64,000 bases of DNA from Alphaproteobacteria bacterium 16-39-46 (GTDB taxonomy: Bacteria; Pseudomonadota; Alphaproteobacteria; 16-39-46): positions 56-64,055 of the forward strand of contig NCGZ01000002.1 of the NCBI GenBank assembly GCA_002257235.1, read 5' to 3'. Below the pieces are notes generated by a model that saw only the letters and a list, made by a program, of their open reading frames with translations, made no database searches and was not told where the DNA came from. Made by a program: the position numbers and the translations under genes. Below are positions 37,382 through 47,956 of the stretch, one piece after another. Every line of letters begins with the position of its first letter. The first letter of the stretch is position 1.

Positions 37382-39163
37382 TTAAGTGACGGACGCAAGG
37401 TCCTCAATGGTCATCTGAATTTTCTCTTGACCGTTCCACGTGTCCAGTCGAAACGTTCCCACAAAATGAAAAGGACGATCTTTTGCATCCATCAAGGCCT
37501 CCCCGAGCGGTGTATTGAAGGCTCGGAATGCAATCGCATTGAGTCTTTTTCCAGTTTCTGATCTCAGGGTGCACCGGATATGGGTGTTTTGAATGAGAGA
37601 GGTGTTCATAATTCTTAAATAGGGAATCATAAAACGGGGAGTTGGATTTCCCATTCCAAACGGGGCCATTTGTTCTAAGATTTTTAAAAAATCTACTGTA
37701 ATGGCGTCGAGAGAAAGTTTTCCATCCACATTTAAGGTTGGCTTATAATTTGACTCTTCAAGTAGTTTAGAAATTTTTTCTGTTAAAAAAATTTCAAACT
37801 CTTTTATTTTGGTCGCTTCAATTGTAAATCCTGCTGCCATTGCATGTCCGCCTCCATTCACGAGGAGGTTTAAGCCTTTTGCTTGATGAATTAATTGTCC
37901 TAAGTTAACAATGGAGAGAGATCGTGCGGAGGCTTTGCCAATGCCATTTTCAAGGGCAATCACGCAGGTGGGGCGATCGTACCGATCTTTGAGACGTCCT
38001 GCAATAATTCCAATAATACCAGGATGCCATGTTTCGTCTGCCACGATAAGAGCGGCGGGAAGAGGATTTGTTTGAAGCAATGTTTCAACTTTGGAAATTG
38101 CTTGCTGGAGCATAACGCTTTCCATTTCTTGACGGGTCTGATTGAGAGCATGCAGTTTCTCAGAAATCGTGCGCGCTTCTTCAGAGTTTTCTGTTGAAAG
38201 AAGGTGCGCCCCGAGAGATGATTCACCAACCCGTCCTCCTGCGTTAATGCGGGGCCCTAAAATGAATCCAGCATGATAAGCTTCGGGCGTTTCATTCAAT
38301 TTTGCAATGTCTGAAAGTGCTTTAAGGCCGAGGTTGGTCCTTTTCTTCATAATTTTAAGGCCTTGCGCGACAAATGTTCGATTAAGTCCTGTTAAAGGAA
38401 CGACATCGGCAACAGTCCCGAGGGCAACAAGGTCTAAAAAAAGGCGCAAATCAGGTTCTTTTGGAAACTTTTGGCCATAGAGATTTTTTTCCCGGAGGTG
38501 TCGATTGAGGGCCACCAGGGTCAAAAAACTGACCCCCACGGCAGCAAGATTCCCGTAGCCTTTTTTTATCAAGGGGTCTTCGTCATAGCGATTGGGATTG
38601 ACGAGCGCAAAAGCAGGCGGGAGATGGGACTCTGAAATATGATGGTCGATGACAATGACGTCCATCCCTTTTTCAGCGGCATACGCCAGAGGCTCAAAGG
38701 CGGTGGTTCCCGAATCAAGGGTAAGAATCAGTTTGATCCCTGCTTCGGAAAAAGCGTCGAATGCAGGGATATTAGGACCATATCCTTCTTTTAGGCGATC
38801 TGGAATATAAAGACGGGAGGGTGTTCCGAGGGCATCAAAGAACTTTTTAAAAAGGGCTGAAGATGTTGCGCCGTCAACATCATAATCTCCATAAAGAACA
38901 ATGGGTTCATTTGCGAGAAGTGCTTTTTCAAGGCGTAAAACAGCCCGTTTCATATCTTTAAAAATAAAAGGATCTGGAAGAGACGCCTTAAGCGTTGGAT
39001 TTAAGAATTCTTGAGCTTCTTCAGGAGTTGAAAACCCTCTGTTTGAGAGAAGTCTTGCGATTTGCTCTGGAACATTAAGGCGTTGCTCTAAAAAAAGCGT
39101 GCGCTTTTCATCCGATTCTTTTATGTGCCAGCGTTTGTTTAGAATAGAGAAAATATCATCCAT
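37382..39163 (-). CDS. recJ: Single-stranded-DNA-specific exonuclease RecJ
   Basis: DHH and DHHA1 motifs (DHH...GGGH). 593 aa. Confidence 0.9.
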   Translation of the reverse strand: MDDIFSILNKRWHIKESDEKRTLFLEQRLNVPEQIARLLSNRGFSTPEEAQEFLNPTLKASLPDPFIFKDMKRAVLRLEKALLANEPIVLYGDYDVDGATSSALFKKFFDALGTPSRLYIPDRLKEGYGPNIPAFDAFSEAGIKLILTLDSGTTAFEPLAYAAEKGMDVIVIDHHISESHLPPAFALVNPNRYDEDPLIKKGYGNLAAVGVSFLTLVALNRHLREKNLYGQKFPKEPDLRLFLDLVALGTVADVVPLTGLNRTFVAQGLKIMKKRTNLGLKALSDIAKLNETPEAYHAGFILGPRINAGGRVGESSLGAHLLSTENSEEARTISEKLHALNQTRQEMESVMLQQAISKVETLLQTNPLPAALIVADETWHPGIIGIIAGRLKDRYDRPTCVIALENGIGKASARSLSIVNLGQLIHQAKGLNLLVNGGGHAMAAGFTIEATKIKEFEIFLTEKISKLLEESNYKPTLNVDGKLSLDAITVDFLKILEQMAPFGMGNPTPRFMIPYLRIMNTSLIQNTHIRCTLRSETGKRLNAIAFRAFNTPLGEALMDAKDRPFHFVGTFRLDTWNGQEKIQMTIEDLASVT

Positions 39164-39611
39164 AAGTGTGAGCCCGTTTCTTAAAGGCTTTAATCATTGT
39201 GTGGCCTGCTTTATCAAAAACACTTTCCATCATTTTATTAAGGATCCATGACGACAAAGAAAAGTCGACATAAAAATCGACACGGGTTTCATGGGAAGAG
39301 AGTTCTTCAAGAGACCAACGGGTATAGAGATGTTTAAAGGAAATATTATGGGAGGGCGTATTTTTAGAGGTGTCCCCATAATTAACCTCAACTTTAGAAC
39401 ACGGGGTTAAGGAGATAGAAGAGCGAAAGGTTCCTTTAAAGGAGGAGGCTCCAATACAGAGATCTGCAATCATACGTGTGTCTGTCTTTTCAAGGAGAAC
39501 TGCGGAGAGGCACCAGGGAAGAAATTCAGGATATTTTTCAACATCTGTTATGATCTCATAAAGTTTGAGAGAGGGAAGAGAGATGATTTCAGTATGATGA
39601 AGGGTGGGCAT
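39156..39611 (-). CDS. ratA: SRPBCC-family protein (RatA / Coq10-like polyketide cyclase fold)
   Basis: 151 aa in the conserved position downstream of lipA in alphaproteobacteria. Confidence 0.65.
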   Translation of the reverse strand: MPTLHHTEIISLPSLKLYEIITDVEKYPEFLPWCLSAVLLEKTDTRMIADLCIGASSFKGTFRSSISLTPCSKVEVNYGDTSKNTPSHNISFKHLYTRWSLEELSSHETRVDFYVDFSLSSWILNKMMESVFDKAGHTMIKAFKKRAHTYG

Positions 39612-40530
39612 TTGATTTTAAGCAGTCTCTATTTTTAAGGGCTGTGAGAGAAGACTCTTTTAGTTTTTGAAAGTCTTCATCTGCATGATAAGAAGATCGT
39701 GTTAGAGGGGATGCTGAGACCATACGAAACCCCTTTCCGCGTGCCATTTGAGCATAGGACTCAAATTCTTCGGGTTCTACAAAGCGCATCACAGGATGAT
39801 GAGTTGGTGTGGGTTGTAAATACTGTCCGAGCGTTATAAAGTCGACGGAGGCCGACCTTAAATCGTCCATGACTTGATAGAGCTCTTCACGTGTTTCTCC
39901 AAGGCCGACCATCAAGCCTGACTTTGTAAAAATAGTCGGATCTTGTTCTTTGACCCGTGCGAGGAGATGGAGGGAATGAAAATACCGTGCTCCGGGACGT
40001 ATGGTGGCATAAAGACGGGGAACGGTTTCAAGATTATGATTATAAACGTCAGGTTTGGCCTTGACGACAATTTCAAGGGCGCCTTCTTTTCTTAAAAAAT
40101 CAGGCGTGAGAACCTCAATGGTTGTTAGAGGAGACGCAGTGCGAATCGATTCAATCACACGGGCGAAGTGATACGCCCCGCCGTCTTCAAGGTCGTCTCT
40201 GTCAACGGAAGTTACCACCACATGGGAAAGACCGAGTGTCTGAACAGCTTTCGCCACGTGTTCTGGTTCATGAGGATCTAGCTGGTCAGGACGACCTGTT
40301 TTAACATTGCAAAAGGCACACGCACGTGTACACGTGCTTCCAAGAATCATCACGGTTGCATGTTTTTTGCTCCAGCACTCTCCAATGTTGGGGCAGGCTG
40401 CCTCTTCACACACGGTGTTTAGGTTAAGATCCCGCATGAGCTCTCTGGTGCGATGATACTCAGGAGATTGAGGCGCTTTTACGCGAATCCAAGAAGGCTT
40501 GCTCTGAAGAGACGGTGATGGTGTGATCAT
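39589..40530 (-). CDS. lipA: Lipoyl synthase
   Basis: Radical-SAM CxxxCxxC (CTRACAFC) plus the N-terminal auxiliary cluster cysteines ([12 protein letters not shown]). Confidence 0.95.
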   Translation of the reverse strand: MITPSPSLQSKPSWIRVKAPQSPEYHRTRELMRDLNLNTVCEEAACPNIGECWSKKHATVMILGSTCTRACAFCNVKTGRPDQLDPHEPEHVAKAVQTLGLSHVVVTSVDRDDLEDGGAYHFARVIESIRTASPLTTIEVLTPDFLRKEGALEIVVKAKPDVYNHNLETVPRLYATIRPGARYFHSLHLLARVKEQDPTIFTKSGLMVGLGETREELYQVMDDLRSASVDFITLGQYLQPTPTHHPVMRFVEPEEFESYAQMARGKGFRMVSASPLTRSSYHADEDFQKLKESSLTALKNRDCLKSNAHPSSY

Positions 40531-41927
40531 ATATGAATGGCTTGGTTAAAAGCTTGTAAGGTCGATTCATGCATCATTTCAGAAAGTGTGGGATGGGGAA
40601 AGACGGTTTCCATGATCTCTGCCTCTGTGGCCTCTAACGTTCTTGCTAACGTGAACCCTTGGATGAGTTCTGTCACCTCGGCCCCAATCATATGAGCCCC
40701 TAACAGCTCTCCTGTTTTTGAATCAAAGATCGTTTTAATCATTCCCTCGGGCGCGCCTAGGGCAAGGGCTTTTCCATTAGCAGAAAAAGGAAAGCGGCCA
40801 ACGTTTATCGTGAATCCCAGTGATTTTGCTTTTTCTTCCGTAAGTCCAACGCTCGCAATTTGAGGAGTGGTGTAGATACATCCTGGAATTTTTGTAGGAT
40901 CGAGAGGATGTACAGTCTCTCCTTTGATATGACGCACGGCTAAAATTCCTTCGTGACTGCCCTTATGAGCAAGCCAAGGAGGGCCCGCAACGTCTCCAAT
41001 GGCATAAACACCTTTTTCATGGGTTTCGCAGAAATCATCTGTGAGGATGTGACCTTTTTCAAGTTTTATGGCTGTTGTCTCAAGACCAATGTTTTGAGTG
41101 TTGGCCTCAATTCCGATCGCAAGAAGAACCTTTTCAACAGAAAGAGTTTGAGAGATGCCTTTTGTCTCAATTGATACAGAGATGAGATCTTTTTGGGGGG
41201 TAAAAGAGGTTGACCTTGTCTCCGTTAGAATTTTGATTCCCTGCTCTTGAAATAACTTATGAGCAAGTTCAGAAATCTCACGATCTTCTTGGGGAAGGAT
41301 ACGCGCCATCATTTCAACAACTGTAACGTCAACGCCTAAAGAACGATAAAAACTTGCAAACTCCATACCAATGGCCCCTGATCCTAAAATGAGAAGGGAC
41401 TTTGGGAGTTTTTCAGGTGTCATGGCTTCTTTGGATGTCCAAAAGAATTTTGAATCTTTTTCCATATTGATCATGGGGAGAAGACGTGCACGTGCACCCG
41501 TTGCAAGAATAATGTGAGGGGCCGTGAGGGAAGTTTGTGTCCTATCGGAAGATTCCACAAGGATTTCGCGTGGTCCCTTAAGTTGTCCGTGCCCTTTGAT
41601 GTGCGTGACTTTATTTTTCTTTAAGAGGAAAGCGATTCCTTGCGTCAACTGAAGAGAAATTTGACGCGATCTTTCAACGGCCTTCGGAAGATTAAGAACG
41701 GGTTTTTCTTTAATTTCAATCCCAAAATCGGAGGCTTTTTTGATCGTCTCAAGAACTTCGGCTGTTTTTAAGAGAGCCTTTGTTGGAATGCATCCCCAGT
41801 TAAGACACACCCCCCCTAATGTTTCTTTTTCAACCAGCGCTGTCTTTAAGCCAAGTTGTGCGGCTTTAATAGCGGCAACGTAGCCGCCAGGACCACCTCC
41901 AAGAATAATAAGATCAAAATGAGACAT
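40527..41927 (-). CDS. lpdA: Dihydrolipoyl dehydrogenase (E3)
   Basis: FAD-binding GGGPGGY, redox-active [10 protein letters not shown] and a C-terminal dimerisation HPT motif. Confidence 0.95.
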   Translation of the reverse strand: MSHFDLIILGGGPGGYVAAIKAAQLGLKTALVEKETLGGVCLNWGCIPTKALLKTAEVLETIKKASDFGIEIKEKPVLNLPKAVERSRQISLQLTQGIAFLLKKNKVTHIKGHGQLKGPREILVESSDRTQTSLTAPHIILATGARARLLPMINMEKDSKFFWTSKEAMTPEKLPKSLLILGSGAIGMEFASFYRSLGVDVTVVEMMARILPQEDREISELAHKLFQEQGIKILTETRSTSFTPQKDLISVSIETKGISQTLSVEKVLLAIGIEANTQNIGLETTAIKLEKGHILTDDFCETHEKGVYAIGDVAGPPWLAHKGSHEGILAVRHIKGETVHPLDPTKIPGCIYTTPQIASVGLTEEKAKSLGFTINVGRFPFSANGKALALGAPEGMIKTIFDSKTGELLGAHMIGAEVTELIQGFTLARTLEATEAEIMETVFPHPTLSEMMHESTLQAFNQAIHI

Positions 41928-41952
41928 GTGTCTTTCCTAAAATTATAAAGAA

Positions 41953-43170
41953 TTACGCTAAAATCAAAACAGGATTCTCAATATAGTTTTTAAGGGTTTT
42001 CAAAAACTGTGCGGCGATGGCGCCATCAATGACACGATGGTCTACAGAAAGCGTGAGGGTCATCATGGTTGCAACAGTGAGAACTCCTGACCGAACAACG
42101 GCTGTTTCAGAACCTGCTCCAACAGCTAAAATGCATCCTTGAGGAGGATTAAGAATGGCTGAAAATGAGCTCACACCATACATTCCCATATTTGAAAGAC
42201 TAAAACTTCCACCTTGAAATTCAGAAGGTATCAGCTTGCCCGTTTGGGCTTTCTCACGAAGGGACTTCATTTCGGCAGAGATTTCAAGAATTGATTTTGA
42301 CTGAGCATTCCGAACAATTGGGGTAATGAGACCTTCATCAAGAGAAACAGCGACGGAGACATCGGCGGTTTTATAGAGGCGGATAAAGGTCTCCATCCAA
42401 GAGGCATTCGCCTCAGGAACGTCCATTAAAGTCCGAGCGCAGGCTTTGATAAGAAAGTCGTTTACCGATACTTTGATGTCCCCAAGACCTTTATTGAGGT
42501 CCTTCCGAAGATTTAAAAGGGCGTCTATTTCAACATCCATACTGACGTAAAAATGAGGGACGGTTTGTTTTGATTCCGTAAGACGTTTGGCCACGACTTT
42601 GCGCATTGTCGTTAAGGCAACATCCTCAAAGGCTGAATCGGAAGAGGAAGAGACCGAAACGGGTTTTTTAGAAGTCTCTTCAACATCTTTTTTAACAATA
42701 CGACCGCGGGGACCCGAGCCTTGGATCGTTGAAAGATCAAGGTTCTTTTCAAGGGCCAGGCGACGGGCCAAAGGACTTGAGAAAATGCGGTCTTGAGAAA
42801 TTCCCGAAAGAGATGTTTTTTCTTGAGATTTAGAAGGAGAGGGCGGAGAAATAGGGAGGGATTTTTCGGAGGGAGTTGGTTCTGAATTTTGAGGAGTTCC
42901 TTGAATTTTGAGATCGGCTGTCGTCTCTCCTTCTTCAAGGATAAGCGCGATGAGTGTATTGACTTTGACGTTTTCTGTTCCTCCCAAAACCAAAATTTTA
43001 CCAAGAACGCCTTCATCCACCGCTTCAACTTCCATGGTGGCTTTGTCGGTCTCGATTTCGGCGAGGACATCTCCAGACTTAAGGGAATCGCCTTCTTTTT
43101 TGAGCCATTTGATAAGATTTCCTTCTGTCATGGTGGGAGACAGGGCGGGCATGAGGATTTCAATGGTCAT
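41953..43170 (-). CDS. pdhC: Pyruvate dehydrogenase E2 (dihydrolipoamide acetyltransferase)
   Basis: Lipoyl domain (EIETDKATMEVEA), a Pro/Ser linker and a catalytic DHRVIDG. Confidence 0.9.
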   Translation of the reverse strand: MTIEILMPALSPTMTEGNLIKWLKKEGDSLKSGDVLAEIETDKATMEVEAVDEGVLGKILVLGGTENVKVNTLIALILEEGETTADLKIQGTPQNSEPTPSEKSLPISPPSPSKSQEKTSLSGISQDRIFSSPLARRLALEKNLDLSTIQGSGPRGRIVKKDVEETSKKPVSVSSSSDSAFEDVALTTMRKVVAKRLTESKQTVPHFYVSMDVEIDALLNLRKDLNKGLGDIKVSVNDFLIKACARTLMDVPEANASWMETFIRLYKTADVSVAVSLDEGLITPIVRNAQSKSILEISAEMKSLREKAQTGKLIPSEFQGGSFSLSNMGMYGVSSFSAILNPPQGCILAVGAGSETAVVRSGVLTVATMMTLTLSVDHRVIDGAIAAQFLKTLKNYIENPVLILA

Positions 43171-43182
43171 TTTTGGGTACCT

Positions 43183-44187
43183 CTAAGCGTTATAAAGAAC
43201 ATTTTTGACAGCTTGAACAATTTCTGGGCTCCGTGGAATCGCAAGACGTTCAAGGTTTGCCGCATAGGGTAGAGGAACATCTTTGGCAGTGACTCTTAAG
43301 ACGGGAGCATCCAAAAAATCAAACATGTGTTCCATAATTTGAGCCGAGAGTTCTGAACCAATTCCAGCATACGGAAATCCTTCTTCAAGGGTAACACAAT
43401 GATTTGTTTTGCGAACAGACTCAAAAATTGTCTCAAGGTCTAAGGGACGCAATGATCTTAAGTTTATCACTTCCACATCAATGCCTTCTTTTGCAAGTTC
43501 TTCAGCCGCTTCCAGGGCATATCCTACCATAATGGAAAAGCCAATCAAAGTCACATCTTTTCCAGGGCGTTCAATATGCGCTTTTCCAATCGGGAGAATA
43601 AAATCGGATCCAGAGGGGGGGGCTTCAAACCGTTGACCATAAAGAAGTTCGTTTTCTAAAAAAACAACAGGGTTGGGGTCTCTGATGGCCGCCTTAAGAA
43701 GGCCTTTGGCATCAATGGCATTATAAGGAGAGACCACTTTAAGTCCTGGGCAGTGGGCATACCAGCTTGCGAAACATTGAGAGTGTTGTGCTCCGACACG
43801 TGCAGCCGATCCATTAGGTCCTCGAAAGACAATGGGGCATCCCATTTGTCCCCCCGACATATAGAGCGTCTTTGCCGCGGAGTTAATAATTTGATCGATG
43901 GCCTGCATGGAAAAGTTAAAGGTCATAAATTCTACAATGGGAGAAAGTCCGCCAAAGGCTGCCCCAACGCCAACGCCTGCAAAGCCAGCTTCCGTAATCG
44001 GGGTGTCGATGACGCGTTTAGATCCAAACTCTTCTAAAAGACCTTGGCTGACCTTGTAGGCCCCTTGATATTCTGCGACCTCTTCTCCCATGAGAAATAC
44101 ATTGGGGTTTTGGCGCATTTCTTCAGCCATTGCATCCCGAAGAGCTTCTCGAACAGTAATGGTTTCTGGCATTGTTTCTGATGTCAT
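43183..44187 (-). CDS. pdhB: Pyruvate dehydrogenase E1 beta subunit
   Basis: Transketolase-like pyrimidine-binding and C-terminal domains. 334 aa. Confidence 0.92.
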   Translation of the reverse strand: MTSETMPETITVREALRDAMAEEMRQNPNVFLMGEEVAEYQGAYKVSQGLLEEFGSKRVIDTPITEAGFAGVGVGAAFGGLSPIVEFMTFNFSMQAIDQIINSAAKTLYMSGGQMGCPIVFRGPNGSAARVGAQHSQCFASWYAHCPGLKVVSPYNAIDAKGLLKAAIRDPNPVVFLENELLYGQRFEAPPSGSDFILPIGKAHIERPGKDVTLIGFSIMVGYALEAAEELAKEGIDVEVINLRSLRPLDLETIFESVRKTNHCVTLEEGFPYAGIGSELSAQIMEHMFDFLDAPVLRVTAKDVPLPYAANLERLAIPRSPEIVQAVKNVLYNA

Positions 44188-44194
44188 ATTGGCC

Positions 44195-45238
44195 TCACAC
44201 TAAAATATCGGTAAAAAGTTCGCCCTCAGAAGGCTCAGGACTTTCCTTTGCAAATTCAACGGCCTCGTCAATTTTCTTTTTAACGTCTTTTGTTATGGAT
44301 TCAAGGTGATCTTTATCGCCTCCTTGACGCAGGATTTCGGCTTCAAGAATAGAGAGAGGGTCATGGTGGGACTTAACATCTTCGACTTCCTCCTTGGAGC
44401 GGTATTTTGCCGGGTCCGACATGGAGTGACCGCGATAGCGGTAAGTTTTTGCCTCAAGAATAAAGGGGCCTTTTCCAGAGCGAACATAGGAGGCAGCCTC
44501 CAAGGCTGCTTCGCGCATGGCCAGGTAATCCATCCCATCGACACTTTTTCCAGGGATCCCTTGGGCACTTCCGCGTGTTGAAAGGTCTGTGACAGCGGCA
44601 TGACGATCGAGGGACGTTCCCATCGCATAAAGATTGTTTTCAATGATGTAAAGAACAGGAAGTTTCCAAAGAGCCGCCATGTTAAAGGCTTCAAACATTT
44701 GACCTTGGTTCGATCCCCCATCTCCCATATAGGTAAAGCAAATCCCATTATCATTCTTATACTGATGGGCAAGGGCAAGACCTGTTCCAATGGGAACTTG
44801 AGCTCCCACGATGCCATGTCCACCATAAAATTTCTTTTCCCGAGAGAACATATGCATGGACCCTCCTTTTCCTTTAGAGTATCCACCGCTTCGACCTGTT
44901 AATTCTGCCATAACCCCTCCTGGAGACATGTCACAGGCCAACATATGACCGTGGTCTCGGTAAGAGGTGATAATACTATCGCTCTCAGTCACAGCTTGTT
45001 GAAGTCCAACAACAACAGCTTCCTGGCCAATGTAAAGATGGCAAAACCCGGCAATAAGGCCCATTCCATAAAGCTGACCCGCTTTCTCTTCAAATCGTCG
45101 GATGAGGTACATGCTTTCATAGGCTTTATAGAGATTCTCCAAGGAAGGTGAGTGGGGAGAATTTTTAAGGTTCTTTGGGGACACGCGTGATCTCCATTTT
45201 AAAAAAATAAAAAGATATTTGTCAGGAGAACAGATCAT
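44195..45238 (-). CDS. pdhA: Pyruvate dehydrogenase E1 alpha subunit (the annotated start is probably too far upstream)
   Basis: TPP-binding GDGG...N motif and the [11 protein letters not shown] phosphorylation-loop region. The first ~25 aa ([18 protein letters not shown]...) look non-native. Confidence 0.9.
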   Translation of the reverse strand: MICSPDKYLFIFLKWRSRVSPKNLKNSPHSPSLENLYKAYESMYLIRRFEEKAGQLYGMGLIAGFCHLYIGQEAVVVGLQQAVTESDSIITSYRDHGHMLACDMSPGGVMAELTGRSGGYSKGKGGSMHMFSREKKFYGGHGIVGAQVPIGTGLALAHQYKNDNGICFTYMGDGGSNQGQMFEAFNMAALWKLPVLYIIENNLYAMGTSLDRHAAVTDLSTRGSAQGIPGKSVDGMDYLAMREAALEAASYVRSGKGPFILEAKTYRYRGHSMSDPAKYRSKEEVEDVKSHHDPLSILEAEILRQGGDKDHLESITKDVKKKIDEAVEFAKESPEPSEGELFTDILV

Positions 45239-45632
45239 AGATTTAAAGTTCTCTGTCCTCTCCTCTACCTTGAAAATCTTTTTTTGGCAAGATCAGAAGA
45301 GATTTCTCTCTTTTCTTTAAGAAGTCTCCTTTTGAGGGAAAGATCAAGAAAAAGGGGGCAAAATGAGCCGGAAAGCTCATTGCGAAGAGGGAGAGGTCTT
45401 CTATCAAAAAGAGATTTTGTGAGAATTATTAATATTTTTTGAATATTGATGATCTTCATCTTGCAAAGGTAAAAAATTAGATGTATGAAAGAGTCGCATG
45501 AGACAGATTTGAGGGTCTTAGCTTTGTATTTTGCCTGATTTTTAGGAAAAATAAAAAGAGAGGGCTTCCCAATCTCGCTCTGCGTATGTTAATAATTATA
45601 TGTTTTTATTTTTTAACCATGAGGAATGTGAA

Positions 45633-45806
45633 ATGAACTTCGTAAAATTTGCTGCTTTGGCTTTGGTTCTCGGTGCTTTTGTTGCTCCAGTAATGGCTGA
45701 TGAGGCTAAAATTGATGCTGCACACGCGGTTTTGGATGCTGATGCTGCTAAGCTCGGTGATGATTCGAAAGCACTTGATGCTGCTAAAGAAGATGCTGCT
45801 AAGTAA
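45633..45806 (+). CDS. Small secreted Ala/Asp-rich protein (about 57 aa from the Met at 45633)
   Basis: RBS GAGGAA lies 7 nt upstream of ATG 45633. Signal peptide (MNFVKFAALALVLGAFVAPVMA) followed by a low-complexity A/D/K-rich tail. A strong terminator follows immediately. Confidence 0.5.
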   Translation: MNFVKFAALALVLGAFVAPVMADEAKIDAAHAVLDADAAKLGDDSKALDAAKEDAAK

Positions 45807-45832
45807 TCTAAGCTTTTTCAAGCTTTAAGAAA

Positions 45833-45859
45833 AAAGAAGGCTTTGGCCTTCTTTTTTTT
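45833..45859 (+). terminator. Rho-independent terminator
   Basis: AAGAAGGC-TTTG-GCCTTCTT hairpin followed by a T8 run. Confidence 0.6.
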
Positions 45860-45983
45860 GTCCTTTTTTCTTGTTTGAGGAATCATTTGAGGGTAACCTA
45901 CCGATAAGAAACTAAAATAAATATCAAATAATGAACAATAAAAATAATGAATAATCAATTAACAAAAATAGGGAGAAATCAGT

Positions 45984-46271
45984 ATGACGCGTGAAACTGT
46001 TCGGAAAATTTGGGTTATTGTTTTAGCTATCGTTGCTGTGGTGGCAGGTATTTTGTCATATAAGATATTCCATCTCCCTCAATTTGTTATGAGTTTTATT
46101 TCTTTTTTGTCAGCCCTTTTTTTTGTGAGATATAAAAATCCGAGATTTACAAAAAGGAAACAAGATATTTTGAAATATGGTTTCATTGTTCTGAGTGTTG
46201 TTTTCTTCTTATTAACGATCGGAAATTTTTTAGTATGGATGGGGATTATACAAGACATCCCACTCTTCTAA
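45984..46271 (+). CDS. Small integral membrane protein (95 aa, 3 predicted TM helices)
   Basis: Hydrophobic ORF with a plausible start and no overlap with other genes. No family assigned. Confidence 0.4.
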   Translation: MTRETVRKIWVIVLAIVAVVAGILSYKIFHLPQFVMSFISFLSALFFVRYKNPRFTKRKQDILKYGFIVLSVVFFLLTIGNFLVWMGIIQDIPLF

Positions 46272-46321
46272 AGTCAAAAGCTTTTTTGTCATTCTCAAAA
46301 AATGAGATTTTCCAGTATCTT

Positions 46322-47794
46322 CTAAAAAAGATCTTTCAACTCAACGGTGTGGTGAATAAGGTCTTCTGACCATGCGTTTTTTTTAAGTCCAGATGCAGAT
46401 ATTAAGGTCAGAAACAGTTGCTTTGGCTGGTTTAGGTTTTTTTCAAAAGCATCTATTTTATGGAGAAGGTTTCTTGCATAGGTTTTGTCTATGACAAAAG
46501 GGTGCGTCGTATACTTGATCTCACATAGAGAAATGGCGTTATCATCTCTGTCCAGAATTAAATCAATTTGAGCTCCATCTTCCTTTTGTTTGGGGTCACC
46601 TTTGTAGGACCAGTGGCTTACAAAACACCCAATACCATTAAGGCCAAGAGCTGTGATGATCTTATCCACATGCTTATAGCAAATTGTTTCAAAAGAATAC
46701 CCGGCCCAAGGATACCACTGGGGCGTTTTTAGAATTCGAGCCCAGTAATCAGCTCCTTTGGGAAGTTCTTTTCCTTGGACAAGGTCAGCAATCCATTTGA
46801 GATAAAAAAGAGAATATTCATCAATAACCTGATAGTAGTGGTCTCTTTTTTTGCGACCAAAGGGCAGAAAACGTTGAATGAACCCGGCGGCTTCAAGTTC
46901 ATAGAGACGATCTTTAAAGCGTCCTCCCGCATGTTTCCCAACCTTCTTAGAAAGTTCTGAAAAAGAGATACCATAATGTTTTTGAGCAATGATTTTAACG
47001 ATCTGTTGATTGAGTTCAGCCGATTCGAAGAGAGATCGAAAGAGTCGATTAAATTCGCCATAAAGGAGACCTTCTTTTTTAAAACAGAGGTCATTCACAT
47101 TTTGTGCGATGGACTTCGTAGAATCAAGCTGATTTAAGTAAAAGGGGATTCCCCCCATAACCATATAGAGTTCAAGAATTTGTTTTTCTGTGAGCTTTAT
47201 TTTTTTCTGGGCAAGGAAGTCCTTTGTCTCTGAGAGTGTGAAAGGTTCTAAAAGAAGAGGGCGCGTTACCCGATTATAAAGCCCCCCTTTTGCGTTAATA
47301 AGATGAGAGAGCATCCAAGAGGCGGCTGATCCACAGACAATTAATTTTACGTGGGGACATTTGCTCCACGCTGTATTCCAAAAGTAATCGAGACTTTGAA
47401 TGAGACCTGATTTACGGGTAGCAAGCCAGGGGAGTTCATCAAAAAAAAGGACTATTTTTTGACGGGGATACTTTTTGATTTCAAGAGTGAGAAGCTCAAA
47501 AGCCTCTCTCCAGCTTTTAGGAGTTTTTAAAGAAAGCTTGGGATAAAAAGTAGATTCAAAACTTTTGATAAAGTTAAGCAGTTGATCGTGAAGATTTCCA
47601 TCTTTGGTCCCTGTGCATTCAAAATAAACCCCTGCATGGGAAAGACACTGCTGAATGGTATAGGTTTTTCCAACACGTCTACGTCCATAAACAGCAACAA
47701 ACTCTGCTTGCTCTGAAGCCATAACTTTTTCAAGGAGACGTTGTTCTTTTTTTCGTCCAATAAGATTCATCTGAAAATCTCTCAATATTGCCAT
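46322..47794 (-). CDS. AAA-family ATPase of the Arch_ATPase + DUF234 type
   Basis: Walker A (GRRRVGKT) and Walker B (LFFDELPW). The C-terminal DUF234-like region is 490 aa. Confidence 0.75.
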   Translation of the reverse strand: MAILRDFQMNLIGRKKEQRLLEKVMASEQAEFVAVYGRRRVGKTYTIQQCLSHAGVYFECTGTKDGNLHDQLLNFIKSFESTFYPKLSLKTPKSWREAFELLTLEIKKYPRQKIVLFFDELPWLATRKSGLIQSLDYFWNTAWSKCPHVKLIVCGSAASWMLSHLINAKGGLYNRVTRPLLLEPFTLSETKDFLAQKKIKLTEKQILELYMVMGGIPFYLNQLDSTKSIAQNVNDLCFKKEGLLYGEFNRLFRSLFESAELNQQIVKIIAQKHYGISFSELSKKVGKHAGGRFKDRLYELEAAGFIQRFLPFGRKKRDHYYQVIDEYSLFYLKWIADLVQGKELPKGADYWARILKTPQWYPWAGYSFETICYKHVDKIITALGLNGIGCFVSHWSYKGDPKQKEDGAQIDLILDRDDNAISLCEIKYTTHPFVIDKTYARNLLHKIDAFEKNLNQPKQLFLTLISASGLKKNAWSEDLIHHTVELKDLF

Positions 47795-47803
47795 TCATGA
47801 GAT

Positions 47804-47935
47804 CATTATAAGCGGCAATAACTTTTCTGTAAAGGAGTTATTGCCGCTTATAAAGTGTGTATAAACGGCAATAACTTTAAAATGGAATATTTATTGCCGC
47901 TTATAGAAGGTCTATATACGGCAATAACTTTTGTT
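47804..47935. repeat. Five alternating-orientation copies of a 17-bp motif (TATAAGCGGCAATAACTT / AAGTTATTGCCGCTTATA) with 10- to 15-bp spacers
   Basis: Forward copies at about 47806, 47861 and 47916; reverse copies at about 47836 and 47890. The array lies between the pdxH 3' end and the ATPase 5' end. Confidence 0.7.
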
Positions 47936-47956
47936 TAGGTTGAACTGTATAGACTT

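Noticed and set aside
42587-44902. Multiple 70- to 200-aa ORFs on both strands within the pdhA/pdhB/pdhC genes
   Set aside because: These are alternate-frame or antisense artefacts of highly conserved metabolic genes.
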